A stretch of DNA of 64,000 nt from Octopus vulgaris (taxonomy: Eukaryota): contig OX597825.1 of assembly GCA_951406725.2 (NCBI GenBank), positions 68,014,001 to 68,078,000 of the forward strand, in the 5' to 3' direction. This document shows, one piece after another, positions 27,130 through 40,767 of the stretch (the first letter of the stretch is position 1; every line of letters begins with the position of its first letter). Under the pieces are notes generated by a model. It searched no databases. It was not told the origin of the DNA and saw only the letters and a list, made by a program, of their open reading frames with translations. The position numbers and the translations under genes are program-made.

Positions 27130-27264
27130 CTTTGCCCCACAAGCAGAATCGGTCGTCAAAGTATATTTCTTCTTTATCATGCTCTATTTCGGTTCTCCTG
27201 CTACCGTTGTCCATTAATTCACACCATTTTGCCCGAGCTGCTCCTTTGAAGTAAATAGTAACAC
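27130..27264 (-). CDS. Internal coding exon of an alpha-arrestin / arrestin-domain (ARRDC/TXNIP-like) gene, Arrestin_N region
   Basis: Minus strand reads ttttctttcccccag|GTGTTACT...TGGGGCAAAG|gtagga. The exon is 135 nt, phase 1 to phase 1, and encodes (G)VTIYFKGAARAKWCELMDNGSRRTEIEHDKEEIYFDDRFCLWGK. This matches my recollection of the alpha-arrestin pattern 'xxxFxGxAxxxW.E......E.YF.....LWG'. Other exons were not located. Confidence 0.8.
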
Positions 27265-27591
27265 CTGGGGGAAAGAAAATCATTGTCATGTAGTTTTGAA
27301 TAGTTTATTGATTTCTGTACACAGGTAACACGAATATTTGTATAGTTCCTTTTATCTAAAAATACATACATACATACAAGTGTGTGTGTGTGTACTTATA
27401 TACATACATACACACGCGCAAAAAACGAAATTCGTACGTATACATTTATGTATATTTACATTCTTAAATGTTTAGATAGTCATAACATGCTAACTTCTAA
27501 TACAATTTATATACACATATACATTAGCATGTAGATATATTCATCCATATATAGAAGTTATCTATACCTTACTCACTCCTTTGTGTGTGTT

Positions 27592-27639
<48 letters not shown>

Positions 27640-28331
27640 GTTATGTATGTATGTATGTATATATCTATGTGTGTATGTCTTTGTGTGTATGTCTCAGTGT
27701 TTGTCCCCACGTCTCTGCTCAACAATCAGTGGTGGTGTGTGTGCTTACATGCCCCATAACATTAGGAGTTCGGCAAAGGAGATCAATAAAATAAGTACTA
27801 GGCTTAAGAAAAAAGATATATCCTGGAGTTGATTTGTTCAACTAAAACCCTCTAAGGTGGTGCTCCTGCATGGCCACAGTCAAATGATTGGAACAAGTAA
27901 AAGAATAAAAGAATATGTACATATATATATATACATAAGCGTGGTTGTTGCCAGTGCTGCAAGACTGGCTCCCATGCAGGTAGCATGTAAAAACACCTTT
28001 TGAGTGTGGTTGTTGCCAGAACCGCCTGACTGGCCCTCGTGCCGGTGGCATGTAAAAAGCACCCACTACACTTTCAGACTGGTTGGTGTTAGGAAGGGCA
28101 TCCAGTTGTAGAAACTTTGCCAGATCAGATTGAGCCTGGTGCAGCCTCTGGCTCACCAGTCCTCAGTCAAACCATCCAACCCATTCCAGCATGGAAAACG
28201 GACATTAAACGATGATGATGATGATGATGATGATGATGATATATATATATATATATATATGCATATGTATAAATATGTACATATATATGTGTGTATATGT
28301 ATGTATATGTATGTGTGTATATATGTGTATG

Positions 28332-28378
<47 letters not shown>

Positions 28379-28719
28379 TCATCATCATTTAGCGTCCGTT
28401 TTCCATGCTAGCATGGGTTGGACGGTTTAACTGGGGTCTGTGAAGCTAGAAGGCTTCATCAGGCCCAGTCAGATCTGGCAGTGTTTCTACGGCTGGAAAA
28501 AATCCAAACAAGAAAACAAAAACAAAAAAACAACAACACAGGGATGTGGAACAAATAAAGTATTATTGGACGCTCAGGAATGAAGGAAAGAAGGAGGGTT
28601 TGACATTTCGAGCAGAGCTCTTTGTTGGAAACATAGGAGAAGGAAAGATCCCGAGAAGGGAAGACAGGGGAAAAAAATCGCTAGTGATACAGACAAGATC
28701 ACATACTTATGAGGTATTC

Positions 28720-28754
<35 letters not shown>

Positions 28755-29207
28755 TGCATTTTCCAGCATACAAATCAACATATTATATAGTGGAAACATT
28801 CAAATATCCTTACAAAACCTACTGTAGTACTCAAGGAATTTTTGTTCCTCTAGATTTATCTTGGTGAATAAACCAACTTGCATTTCTTGGATGCCAGTTT
28901 TAGTCTGAAAATTCGACTTTTATGCTGGAAAATATATAGATACATGTGTGTGTGGTGTGTGGTGTGTGTGTGTGTGTGGTGTGTGTGTGTGTGTGTGTGT
29001 GTGTGAGAGCACATTCTCACTCCAACTATAAAGTTCAATAAAGAACCCAATATCTTTAAACTTGGTGAATGTATTTATTTATTTTGGTTTTTAACTTTCC
29101 ACTGGGCATTTGATTTGTTGTTTTATTTTATTCATCACACTATCATTAGGTCTTTGACCTCTGAATATAATGTAATAACATCCATCTGTAAATTCAAAAC
29201 ATGAATA

Positions 29208-29243
<36 letters not shown>

Positions 29244-30414
29244 TTAGCGTCCGCTTTCCATGCTAGCAACATTTCTACAGCTGGATGCCCTTCCTAACGC
29301 CAACCACTCCGTGAGTGTAGTGGGTGCTTTTTATGTGCCACCGGCACAGGTAAATTAGAAAAAGAAATACCTTTTATCAATTCAATAATGAAAAATTAAA
29401 TTATACTATATTCTCTTTTACTCTTTTACTTGTTTCAGTCATTTGACTGCGGCCATGCTGGAGCACTGCCTTTAGTCGAGCAAATCGACCCCGGAACTTA
29501 TTCTTTGTAAGCCCAGTACTTATTCTATCGGTCTCTTTTGCCGAACCGCTAAGTAACGGGGACGTAAACACACCAGCATTGGTGGTCAAGCAATGCTAGG
29601 GGGATAAACACAGACACACAAACATATACACACACACTTATATATATATACATATATACGACGGGCTTCTTTCAGTTTCCGTCTACCAAATCCACTCACA
29701 AGGCTTTGGTCGGCCCGGGGCTATAGCAGAAGACACTTGCCCAAGATGCCACGCAGTGGGAATGAACCCGGAACCATGTGGTTGGTTAGCAAGCTTCTTA
29801 CTCAGCCTCTTTTTTCCAGTCATTTCATCATGTTTATCCATACACATTTTTTTCTCTCTCCATATTTTTCTCTCTCAATCCGTTCTGTCAAAGAGCATAG
29901 GCTCAAAATGTCAAAGACTTTTCGATTTTCCCCAAAACATCAAACTAATACATCTGCTTGTTGTTCCTACACCTGTCTTCATCTTTTGCTTTCTGTAAAT
30001 TCAAACTATAAAAAAGCCTGTCATACATACACACATACATACATACATACATACATACATACATACATACATACGTATGTACATATGTACGTATGTGTGT
30101 ATGTACATACGTATGTATGTATATATTTATGTGTATGTCTTTGTGTTTGAGTTTTTCCTCCCATCATCACTTGACAACTGATGTTTGTGTGTTTACATCC
30201 CTGTAACCTAGTGGTTTGGGAAAAGAGACTGATAGAATAACTAGGCTTACAAAGAATAAGTCCTGGGGTTGATTTGTTTGACTAAAACCCTTCAAGGCAG
30301 TTTTCCAGCATGGCTGCAGTCAAATGATTGAACCAGGTAAAAGAATAAAAGAATATATATATATACACACACACACATATATATATATATACACACACAC
30401 ATATATATATGTAT

Positions 30415-30863
30415 CAAGGGTGGAGAACCCCTGCCTGTGGGCTCAACTATGCCCATGAGCCGATTTTATTGTGCCCACGGGCTGATATACTCACATGTAC
30501 AACTTAAAATGGTCAGAAATTGTCTGGTAATTGCCATTTGAATGGAAATTTTGTTTTCACAATAAAACACATACTGCTAGGTTTATACCACCCCTTTGAG
30601 ACCCAACTACATTTAAACTGAAAAAAAAATAAGTAATATAAGTAATATAAACCTCCTAAATTCAGTGGTGGTATTAATGAAGATGTTAGCCTTAATTTAA
30701 TATGTTAAACTTATCTTTATAAATGCATATCTGTGTAAATATTGTATATATAATAGATATATATACAAGATTTACACAGATATAAGAGTTAGAACCTGTG
30801 ATCTGCCTGTGGTCCTTTTTCTTAGGAAATTTTTGCCTGCTGCTCTAAAAAGTTTCCCCACCC

Positions 30864-30866
<3 letters not shown>
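30415..30866. mobile_element. hAT-type MITE
   Basis: Ends caagggtggagaac / gtttccccacccctg, with ggcc-rich subterminal motifs. Confidence 0.65.
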
Positions 30867-30922
<56 letters not shown>

Positions 30923-31471
30923 GGCGCAGGAGTGGCTGTGTGGTGACCCAGCAGAACTAGGGTGGCAAGCACATGTGTGTGAGAATGGTGTGAGTTTGTA
31001 TGTGTGAATGGGGGCGAGCACAATTCAATGTGTGTGGGCGAGCTTAAAATTATGTAGGCCCGTATGTATGGGAGTGTGTGTATGTGTGTACATGCATAAG
31101 TTACCTAATGCATACATTGTGTGGAGTGATGTGTTTTTCATATATCTGTGTGTTTGAGTGCTTATGTGTGTATGTATGTGTGCGTGAGTGCATCTGGATA
31201 TGTTGTATATGTGAATGAGGCAGTGTATAGTAAGTGCGCACGTAGGTGGATGTGTATCACCAAAGTTTTCAACTCTATTTCCAGTTAGTTACATGTTAAT
31301 AAACAAAATGCTCGACAATTCTTTATTACAAACACAAAATGTCAGATAGCAAACCACTTCTCAGGTCATCAACCCTACGCAGAACAAATTAACAACAGAT
31401 CCAGAATCTACAGTCTCTCAAATGGAACCAGCAAAGATGCATCCTTCCACCCATTATTTTCTCCTCCATAC

Positions 31472-31571
<100 letters not shown>

Positions 31572-31674
31572 GGTATGTATATATATATATATATATACAT
31601 ACATATATATAAACATATACATATACATATATATATACATATATAAACATATATATATATTTATAAAAACACAC

Positions 31675-31727
<53 letters not shown>

Positions 31728-31906
31728 AAGTATGAAGGTTTAGTTCACAGGTGATCTAAGTGATTAGGTATGCTAGGTGAGTGCTGTAACGGATCACAGC
31801 TGTATGATTTTGAATTTCTTTCTATTATAATGTTGTATACAACTTGAGATGTTTGCCTTGCCTTAATGTTTGATGTCTTGTTTAACAATTATACACATAT
31901 ATACAT

Positions 31907-31964
<58 letters not shown>

Positions 31965-31970
<6 letters not shown>

Positions 31971-32152
31971 AGAGTTTACGAAAAAAAACAAAAGACGAAG
32001 ACAGGTGGTGTACAAAACAAACAGATGTATTAGTATAATGCTCAGGAATAGAAAAAGTCTTTTACGTTTCGAGCCTACGCTCTTCTACAGAAAGGAACAC
32101 AGAGAGAAACAAGGAGAGAAAAAAAAATGCGTGTAGTAGCTAACAATCTATC
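31965..32152 (-). mobile_element. Solo ~190-bp PLE-terminal-repeat-like element between microsatellites
   Basis: It is homologous to 39794-39986. Other copies are at 1-70 (partial), ~1945-2128, ~2148-2285, ~29840-30010 and 58411-58588(-). Most abut (TA)n. Confidence 0.75.
32059..32094 (-). ncRNA. Second copy of the minimal variant hammerhead motif
   Basis: The reverse complement is identical to 39864-39899. More decayed copies are at 2007-2042, 2201-2236, ~29882-29918, 58500-58535(-), and a relative lies at ~28598-28631(-). Confidence 0.55.
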
Positions 32153-32330
32153 ATACACACACACGCACACACACACATATATATATAAACACACACACAC
32201 ACACACACACACATAAATAATTAATAGGAATAGAAGCAGTTTGAATAGCAAAAGGTATTCTTAGTGTGGAAGTTGTATTAGAAAACAGAATGCTGCATTA
32301 TTTACCCTGAAACGATCTCTCATACACATG

Positions 32331-32371
<41 letters not shown>

Positions 32372-32609
32372 ACACACATACACACACACACATACACATA
32401 TGTACGTATGTCATTATTCAGTTTTATTTCAAGATCTTTTGCCAATAGAGAAAGAACCCGTTCCTAACCTAGATCCAAGGCTCCTTCATTAGAATTTCAA
32501 CATCAACAGTATATTTTTGCCTGTATGTATATGTGCAGATTTGTATGTTTTTTTCTTTTTATGTATGTATTCTCATGCATATAGTTGCACATCTAGACTT
32601 GCTCATATA

Positions 32610-33713
32610 TTGGGTCATCCCATAATGTGTTTTTTTTTCAATTGCATGAGCTAAAAGTCAGAGGGGGACAGGATAAACTACCTGCATCAGCTTGCTATAA
32701 AAGCAGGTAGTAATTTTACTTTGTCCTTATTCTTAGTGCAAGTTTTGGAGAGTGCAGTTCGATTTTAACAGTTATCGTTTCAAAGCTATAATAGAAGTGA
32801 CAAAGAAGCATATTCGGCATATTTTGTTTTACAAGTTCAATAAAGGCAACAACACAACAGAAAATGTGAGGAATATTAATGCAGTATATGGGGATTGGAC
32901 AATAAGCTTAAGCCAGTGTCAAGGGTGGTTCGATAAATTCCAAGCTGGAAGATGAGTCTCATTTTGGAAGATCTGTAGAGCTCGACAAGGACATCCTGCA
33001 AACCCTGGTGGAACAAAATCCCATTGTAACTGTTGAGAAACTAACAGAGAAGTTTGGATTTGGTCATTCAACCATTCATCGACACCTGCATGCCATTGGA
33101 AAAGTCAGCAAATTGGGTCAATGGGATTTTCATAAACTTTCTGATCTTAATCGCATGCAGAAAGTGAATGTGTGCTTTTCTTTGCTGTCACATCTCATGA
33201 ACGAATCTTTTTTGGACCAAATAGTGACTGGTGAGGAGACATGGGTTCTCTATAAAAAATGTCAAGTGCCGAATACAATGGGTAGGGAAAGGAGAAACAC
33301 CAGCACCCACATAAGGTGTTGTTATCTGTTTGGTGGGATATGAAAGGTTTAGTCCACTTTGAACTTTTAAACCCGAGCCAAATGATAACAAAGGAGATCT
33401 ATAGAGAGCAGCTTGAGCAACTTAAGTCAGCACTAGAAGAAAAATTACCATCTTTGATTTCAAGACGAAAGTTATTTTTCCATCAGGATAATGCTCAGCC
33501 ACATACAGAGAGGATGACATTGCAAAGGCTGGAGCAGTTTGAATGGGAAATGATGCCCTACCCACCATATTTGCCAGACATTGCTCCACCTGATTATCAT
33601 TTATTCCACAGTCTTCAAAATAATTAGGATTGCAAAAATATGAATTCTGTAGACGAGGTCAGAACAGTACTGCAGGGGTATTTTTCATCCGCATTATTTA
33701 CATGATGACCCAA
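32610..33713 (+). mobile_element. Mariner transposon with pseudogenised transposase
   Basis: TIRs ttgggtcatc...gatgacccaa with flanking TA. Fragments include IVTGEETW, SVWWD, HQDNAQPH and YPPYLPDIAPPDYHLF, with frameshifts. Confidence 0.92.
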
Positions 33714-34125
33714 TATATTTAAATTTCTGGGAAGTTTTACAGGTTTTTACAGTTCCAGTGATGGCTTGGATCTGTAGTCTTCAAATCAGCTTTCTCCCTT
33801 CTGGTTTTGAGAAGCCTAATTTCTCAAGATTGGTATTAAGGCAATGTGTTACATATCCCAGAGCCCCAATAATTACAGGTATTAACTTGAACTTGTATGT
33901 TTGTGTGTATGTATGTATGTATGCATGTCTATTGTTGATGTCGTAAGAATTTAGAAACTTTTAAGAGAACAAGAAATTAATTCCTTTTTCGAACAGTGGA
34001 TCTTGAAGCACATAAGGCTATAAATAACAGCATGTAAACATTGGTTTGAAAACCTCTTTTGAACAGAAAAGGTTGAAGGCTCCTTTTGACCTTTTCAGCT
34101 CCAATATTTACATGCAATTATCTAT

Positions 34126-34181
<56 letters not shown>

Positions 34182-34182
34182 G

Positions 34183-34908
34183 ACTAGCGACCGAGACCTT
34201 TGGAAATATGCTGTGCGTGAGAAGACCCAGCAGGACAAGTGAGTCCAGCCCACTTATGCATGTCTTTCCTCCCTTGGACACACAAAGACCTGTTGAGGCA
34301 AGCGAAGTCGAAATCGAACCTCATCCGACGACAGGCACTCATGCCAACCTCCCTTCATTGGACACTAAACTCTGCTTGCAAAGGCCTGTTGGGGCAAGTG
34401 AAATCGGAATTGAAATTGAACCAATCCTATGACTGGCACCCAGCAGTTGCCAGGACCGCTGGACTGACTCCTGTGCAGGTGGCAAGTGAAGAAACACCAT
34501 TTCGACCCTGTGCTTCAGGAGATCCATTGAGTCAAGTACACCAACATCAAAATCAATGGAAACTGCAGTTGTGATCCCTGTGCTGGTGGCACGTAAAAAG
34601 CACTATCTGAACGTGGCCGGTGCCAGTGCCGCCTAGACTGGCTTTCGTGCCGGTGGCATGTAAAAAGCACTATCCGAATCGTGGCCAATGCCAGCGCCGC
34701 CTTGACTGGCTTCCGTGCCGGTGGCACGTAAAATGCACCCACTACACTCACGGAGTGGTTGGCGTTAGGAAGGGCATCCAGCTGTAGAAACACTGCCAGA
34801 TCAGACTGGAGCCTGGTGCAGCCTTCTGGCTTTCCAGACCCCGGTCGAACCATCCAGCCTATGCTAGCATGGAGAACGGACGTTAAATGATGATGATGAT
34901 GATGATGA
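34183..34908 (+). mobile_element. RTE 3' end with long sub-repeated 3' UTR and (GAT)n tail (family B)
   Basis: DRDLWKYAVREKT..DK* is followed by repeated gtgccggtggcacgtaaaaagcac units, gtggttggcgttaggaagggcatccag and (GAT)n. Truncated copies are at 2420-3090(-), 4760-5020(-), 20920-21400(-), 27940-28240, 59205-59475 and others. Confidence 0.75.
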
Positions 34909-35413
34909 TATATATATAATTATTTGTAGAATTAACTTGAGTTGAAGTGTTTTAATATTAAGGACACCAAGTGAAGGCGGTGGCAATGCCAACGACGATG
35001 ATGGTGGTGGTGGTGGTGGTGGTGTTGGTAGCGGTGGCGACGACGACGACGACGATGTTATTGGTTATACACAGCTTCATGCATACTCCCCACAACATAA
35101 CTGTACAATATCTCTAGCCATATAGCTAACTACACAGAAATCTGGCTCCAAACAAACTCTTGATAAGATGTGATCCGCCATCTCCTTTCTTACCAACAAC
35201 ACCAACAACATCAAACACAAACAACCACCACACTGAAACACACACACACTCACACACACACACATACACACACACACACACATACACACACACACATACA
35301 CACACATACACACACACATACACACACACACGCACACATATACACACACACACACGCACACACATACACACGCACACGCATACACACGCACACACAGACA
35401 CACACATACACAC

Positions 35414-35446
<33 letters not shown>

Positions 35447-36102
35447 CACACATATACACACACACATACACACACACACACACAGACACACACACACGCA
35501 CACAGACACACACACACATATACACACACACACGCACACACACACATACACACACACACACACACACTGACATATTTGCGCATATGTAGAAACAGCTTTT
35601 CTTTCAAACATTGAAAAGTGAATTGAATGTGACTGCATTTGTGTTTATCAGTGGTTTTTTTTATTAGTCTTATTTTACACACACATGTACACATATAAAC
35701 AATCACACACACACACACACACAAATACACACATACACAAACAAATGCATGCACACATACGCCCACAATACAATGTACAATAAATAACCGAAGACAACAC
35801 AAACACACTCGAGAGTGAGGTTAATAGTCATTATATTTGACTGACCGTCAACAAACAAACAATAATGACGGTGAACAAACAATATATAAAATTCACCATA
35901 GATTATGTTGGTCCACACAGAGGCTGTTGATAATGCAAATCTGAAAGGTTTATGGAGAATTATTTCTTCCTTTCTGTTCATTTAAATATCATGAATAACT
36001 CCCATTAGCATTTCTGGTGATGCATTCATTAAAGAAACATAAGATGCATGCTGCAAAAACCAGACAAAATAGTAAGTGACAGAATCAGTACAACAGTCAT
36101 AG

Positions 36103-36310
36103 GAGGGGTTGCTGAAAAGTTCCTGGCTTTGAGGGTATCATGAAAGGCCTGGTTGGAGGCCCAACCTTCTGAGTTCTTTTACAGGGCTTAGAAAAACTGA
36201 AGGGCTGTTGCAATAAGTGTGTGTATCTGAGAGGGAAATATGTTGAATAAAATCATGATTAACTGATCTTCCTGTATTTTCTTTTACCCAAAGCCAGGAA
36301 CCTTTCAGCA
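36103..36310. mobile_element. Mariner-derived MITE
   Basis: TIRs gctgaaaagttcctggcttt / aaagccaggaacctttcagc. A second copy lies at ~44746-44953 in opposite orientation. Confidence 0.8.
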
Positions 36311-36316
36311 CACATA

Positions 36317-36665
36317 GCCCCTAACATTTGGCCTCCTGATTCCCCAGATCTCAGTCCATTGGACTATTACATGTGGAGCGTCGTTAAGAGAGAGGTCAAT
36401 GAACAAGCCCATAAGATCAAAGATCCTTTGAAAGCTGTCATAGTCAGAGTAATGTCTAAAATGAACCAGGACTATTTGATTCGAGCATGTGGATGATTTA
36501 GATCTCATATAAAAGCAGTCGAAGCTGAAGATGGCTTTATTGAATAACATTATAGAACAGGAGTATTTTTATCCTCATAGCATTCTTTGATAAATAAAGT
36601 TATTATCTGTTATTATATGTTTTTTATAAACATAAATCTGTCTTCAAATATCTTACGCAACTTGT
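36317..36665 (+). mobile_element. Tc1/mariner-superfamily transposase 3' fragment
   Basis: Encodes WPPDSPDLSPLDYYMWSVVKREVN, the WP..SPDL.P motif. Confidence 0.75.
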
Positions 36666-36679
36666 ATGTATATATATCA

Positions 36680-36982
36680 CGTGATCATGTGACCGACCAG
36701 ACCATCAGATGTTACACATCGCTGGTCACAATGCGTTCACATTGTTTTAGCCTTCGAATGATGCCACCCCGCTGGCTAAGCGAGCAGGCCAACAGAAGAA
36801 AGAGTGAGAGAAAGAGTGGTGAAGGAGTACAGCAGGGATCGCCACCCCCTGTCGGAGCCTCGTGGAGCTTTTTTTTAGGTTATTTCGCTCAATAAACACT
36901 CACAACGCCCGGTCTGGGGATCGAAACCACGATCCTACGACCGCGAGTCCACTGCCCTAACTACTAGGCCATTGCGCCTCCA
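36680..36982 (-). mobile_element. tRNA-derived SINE (family D)
   Basis: Head ggaggcgcaatggcctagtagttagggcag...ggtttcgatcccc. Relatives are at 52935-53240(-), 41712-42195 and 19013-19330. Confidence 0.8.
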
Positions 36983-37046
36983 TGTATATATATATATAAA
37001 TATATATATATACACACACATATATATGCACACACACACACACACA

Positions 37047-38170
37047 TCAGGTCATTAAGAATGAAATGTCCAATTTTGAATTGAAAGTTTGTTTTACTTT
37101 ATCTCAACAAAAAGCAATGCAGTTAATCAAAGTATGCACTTAAATTATCAACACAACTTTGCCATTTTATCGGTAGCTTATGTATGCTAGTAGCAAAGAA
37201 TTATGGAGAGCAAGAGGTGATGAAATCAAGAAAGGCTGTTTTTTTCATCTTCAGATTTGAAGTTCTTTCCTTGCAAAAAATTGTCTAATGCCTAGTAAAC
37301 ATGATAGTCAGTTGGTGCAAGGTCTGGTGAATATGATGGATGACAGAGTACTTCCAAGTTCAGTTCCTGTAAATTGAGTCATGTTCTTTGTGCAACATTT
37401 GGTCAAGCATTGTCTTGCATGAGAATCAGCCTGTCTCTTTTGACCAATCACAGTTGTTTAATTGCAAATTCACTCATCATTTCATCCAGTTGATTGATGT
37501 ATACATCCACTATAATTGACTTACCAGGTCTCATGAAGTTATAGAGGATGATACCAGCACTGGACCACCAAACAGACACCATTAGCCTTTTTTTGGTGAA
37601 TATTCTTTTTTGGATTGTGTTTTGGCACTTAGCCTCTATCCAACAACTGTGCAGAATGTTCGCTATTGTTGAAAAGAATCCATTTTTCATCACACATAAC
37701 AATATGATGCAATAACGGTTTGCTTTTATGCTGTGAGAGCAAAGAACAGCAAGTTTCAAGATGATGTGTCATTTGATGCTCATTCAGTTCATGTGGTACC
37801 CACTTGTCCAGCTTCTTTACCTTGCTGATTTGTTTCAGATGATCCAATACAATTAGAATTGAGACATCAAACCTCACTTGCTAACTCACGCATAGTTTGA
37901 GATGTACCTGCTTCCACTACAGTTTCCAGTTCATCGTTATCCACCTTGGTCTCAGGTTTACCACGGGGCTGATTTTTCAAGAGTAAAGTTACCAGACCGG
38001 AACTCCTCAAACCATCGATATACAGTGCACTCATTCACCACATCTTCATCAAATACCTCATTGATATTTCAAGGTGTCTGAGATGCACTGGTTCCACAAC
38101 GGAACTCATATTCACAAACAACATAGATTCTTTTTATCTATTCATAGGTTTGCAAAAACAGATTCACAAA
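37047..38170 (-). mobile_element. Mariner transposon relic
   Basis: Fragments KKLDKWVPHEL, IVMCDEKWI and LMVSVWWS. There are multiple frameshifts and the ends are approximate. Confidence 0.88.
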
Positions 38171-38363
38171 AGAAAATTCACAATATAATCAGACACCATG
38201 ACCATGAATTGCATTTCAAAAAGGGACAATGCAACTCTTCAATGTTGTAAAACAAAGAATTACCATACATACACACACATATATACATTTACACACACAT
38301 ATATATATACATACACACATACATACCCACACACATACCTGCACACATACATATACATGCACT

Positions 38364-38399
<36 letters not shown>

Positions 38400-38474
38400 T
38401 ATGCATACATATACACATATACATACATAAATGTACACACACATATACGTATAGACATATCTCAATACACACAC

Positions 38475-39983
38475 CTTGGAAGCAAAAATCCTCTGGCTAC
38501 AGGAATACAAAAACACTTATGGGGAAAAAACAGATAAAACCTAAATGCCAACCTACTACAACAACCCTCAGATCTCAAAACAACACCAAAAGAAAGTAAG
38601 TTTTCCCACAAAATAAACAAAGATACATCAGTCTTCTAAGAAACACAAATTTGCAATCATACACAGATACAACAAGAAACAAGAAAACCTACAACCCTAA
38701 ACAAAGAACAATTTGAACTCTCTAAAGACTAAATCATAGGCCCAAATGAACAACTACAGAATAATGAGTCAATCCCTAGTTCAACAACCAAGAACATACT
38801 TACTCATGAATAACCAACCTAACATATTTACATACAGAAAAATACAAAATTCCCACAGAAATACTCCCAACTCTAAAGGAAACCATTTCTTAAGACAGGA
38901 GATCTACCACCAAAAAAAGAAGAAAATAACACCATTCTTCCCAAGAAACAAACATATAATCAAACTGAAAATACTAAATTTATCCACTAAGAAATTATCT
39001 ATAGAAGGAAATAAATTTCTGGAAAATGGATTGAAATTTACTCCAAAACCTAACCAAACTGAACTCATAAAAGACACAGAAGAATTTTACTTAAAATTAT
39101 GATTGAGAGAATTTTTTTCTAAATACTGGACACACAGACAAATCACTGGTTAAAAACAGAACAGGATTCAGACTCACTTAAATAGAGACAAAAATTTAGA
39201 AGAATATTTAGAACACCCCATCTCGTCTCAACTCCACCCCCAATCAAGTTATCTTGTGTTGACCATACACTACTTTCTTTCAGTTATATTTCATCAACAG
39301 GCTTTCACTCCCATACTGATTAACAAATTCCAACCCCACCCAAAACACACCCAAATCCCATATATACTACACTCTCGGAGTGGTTGGTGTTAGGAAGGGC
39401 ATCCAGCTGTAGAAACTCTGCCAGATCAAGATTGAGCCTGGTGCAGCCATCTGGTTCGCCAGCCCTCAGTCATTCATCCGACCCATGCTAGCATGGAAAA
39501 CAGACGTTAACAATGATGATGATGATGATGATGAGAATCACAAAACAACAAATCCTCACATCTGTTTGACAAGGAATACAAGAAAGTTCTCCAAAGAAGC
39601 TAAGAAGAAAACTTTTTTCTTTAATTCTCCACACCCAAGTTAACAAAGAACTTACTAGGTCTATAAACTAAAATTTATATTATTAAAAAATTTTAAAATA
39701 ATAAATTAAACTGATTAGAACTACCAATGAACACATTCTTTTTCTTTTTCAAAGATCTCACACCTTTTCCAATATATATCTATATCTATCGGCATGATAG
39801 ATCGTTAGCCACTACACACATTATTTTTCTCTCCTTCTTTCTCTCCTTGTTTTTTCTGTGTCCCTTTCTGTAGAAGAGCGTAGGCTCGAAACGTAAAAGA
39901 CTTTCTCTATTCCTGAGCATTATACTAATACCAATTGTTTTGTACACCACCTGTCTTTGTCTTTTGTTTTTTTCATAAACTCT

Positions 39984-39986
<3 letters not shown>
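38475..39986 (+). mobile_element. Decayed, internally deleted Penelope-like element with hammerhead-bearing 3' repeat
   Basis: ILNLSTKKLS..FLENGLKFTPKP..ELIKDTEEFYLKL*LREFF matches the PLE pre-RT motif (NLS..L.KGL.F.P.P...D...F.R.LRL.EFF). It is interrupted by another repeat at ~39366-39535 and ends in the 39794-39986 repeat unit. Confidence 0.7.
39864..39899 (+). ncRNA. Minimal variant hammerhead motif (GAAACGUA type) of a multicopy PLE-linked repeat
   Basis: CUUU-CUGUAGAA-GAGC guag GCUC-GAAA-C-GUA/AAAG. The topology is the minimal PLE hammerhead, but the core has A6->U plus an extra A. Confidence 0.55.
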
Positions 39987-40019
<33 letters not shown>

Positions 40020-40064
40020 GGTGGTCCAAAAGTATGTTTACAGTTATCATGTAGGCAATTAGAA

Positions 40065-40125
<61 letters not shown>

Positions 40126-40243
40126 TATATATATGTATGCATAAATATATATATATGTATGTATGTATGTATAGACAGAAACTAAAACTTATACATACAT
40201 ACATGCATATATATATATTTCTATGTAAATACATACTATTTAC

Positions 40244-40287
<44 letters not shown>

Positions 40288-40507
40288 CACACATATATAT
40301 CATGTAAAAAAATGCACTCGTGCCTGCGCTGTGTAAGAAGCACTGAGTATACTTTAAAGTAGTTGTGTTAGGAAGGACATCCATTCATAGAAATCATGCC
40401 AAAACAGACAATTGGGGTCTGGTGCAACTCTTTGGCTTCCCAGCTGCTATGAAAGCGTTCAACTTATGCTATGGATATTAAATGATGATGATGGTGATAT
40501 ATATATA

Positions 40508-40542
<35 letters not shown>

Positions 40543-40728
40543 GGTCGCTCAAAAGTAGGTTTACAGTTAGTCAACTGTCTTTTTTGCATTCATATATTAA
40601 CACTTTAGATCTTAATTGTAAATAAATATAAAACCGTTATTCTATGCTAATTTAGTTAATATTGACAAGCTCCCTTTTCAGTTTGTAAGCTAGAAATTTC
40701 AATGTAATAAGATGCTTTAAAAGAAATG

Positions 40729-40767
<39 letters not shown>

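Noticed and set aside
28856-28930. RIFRLKLASKKCKLVYSP as a possible arrestin first exon
   Set aside because: An in-frame stop follows immediately, with no suitable start or donor.
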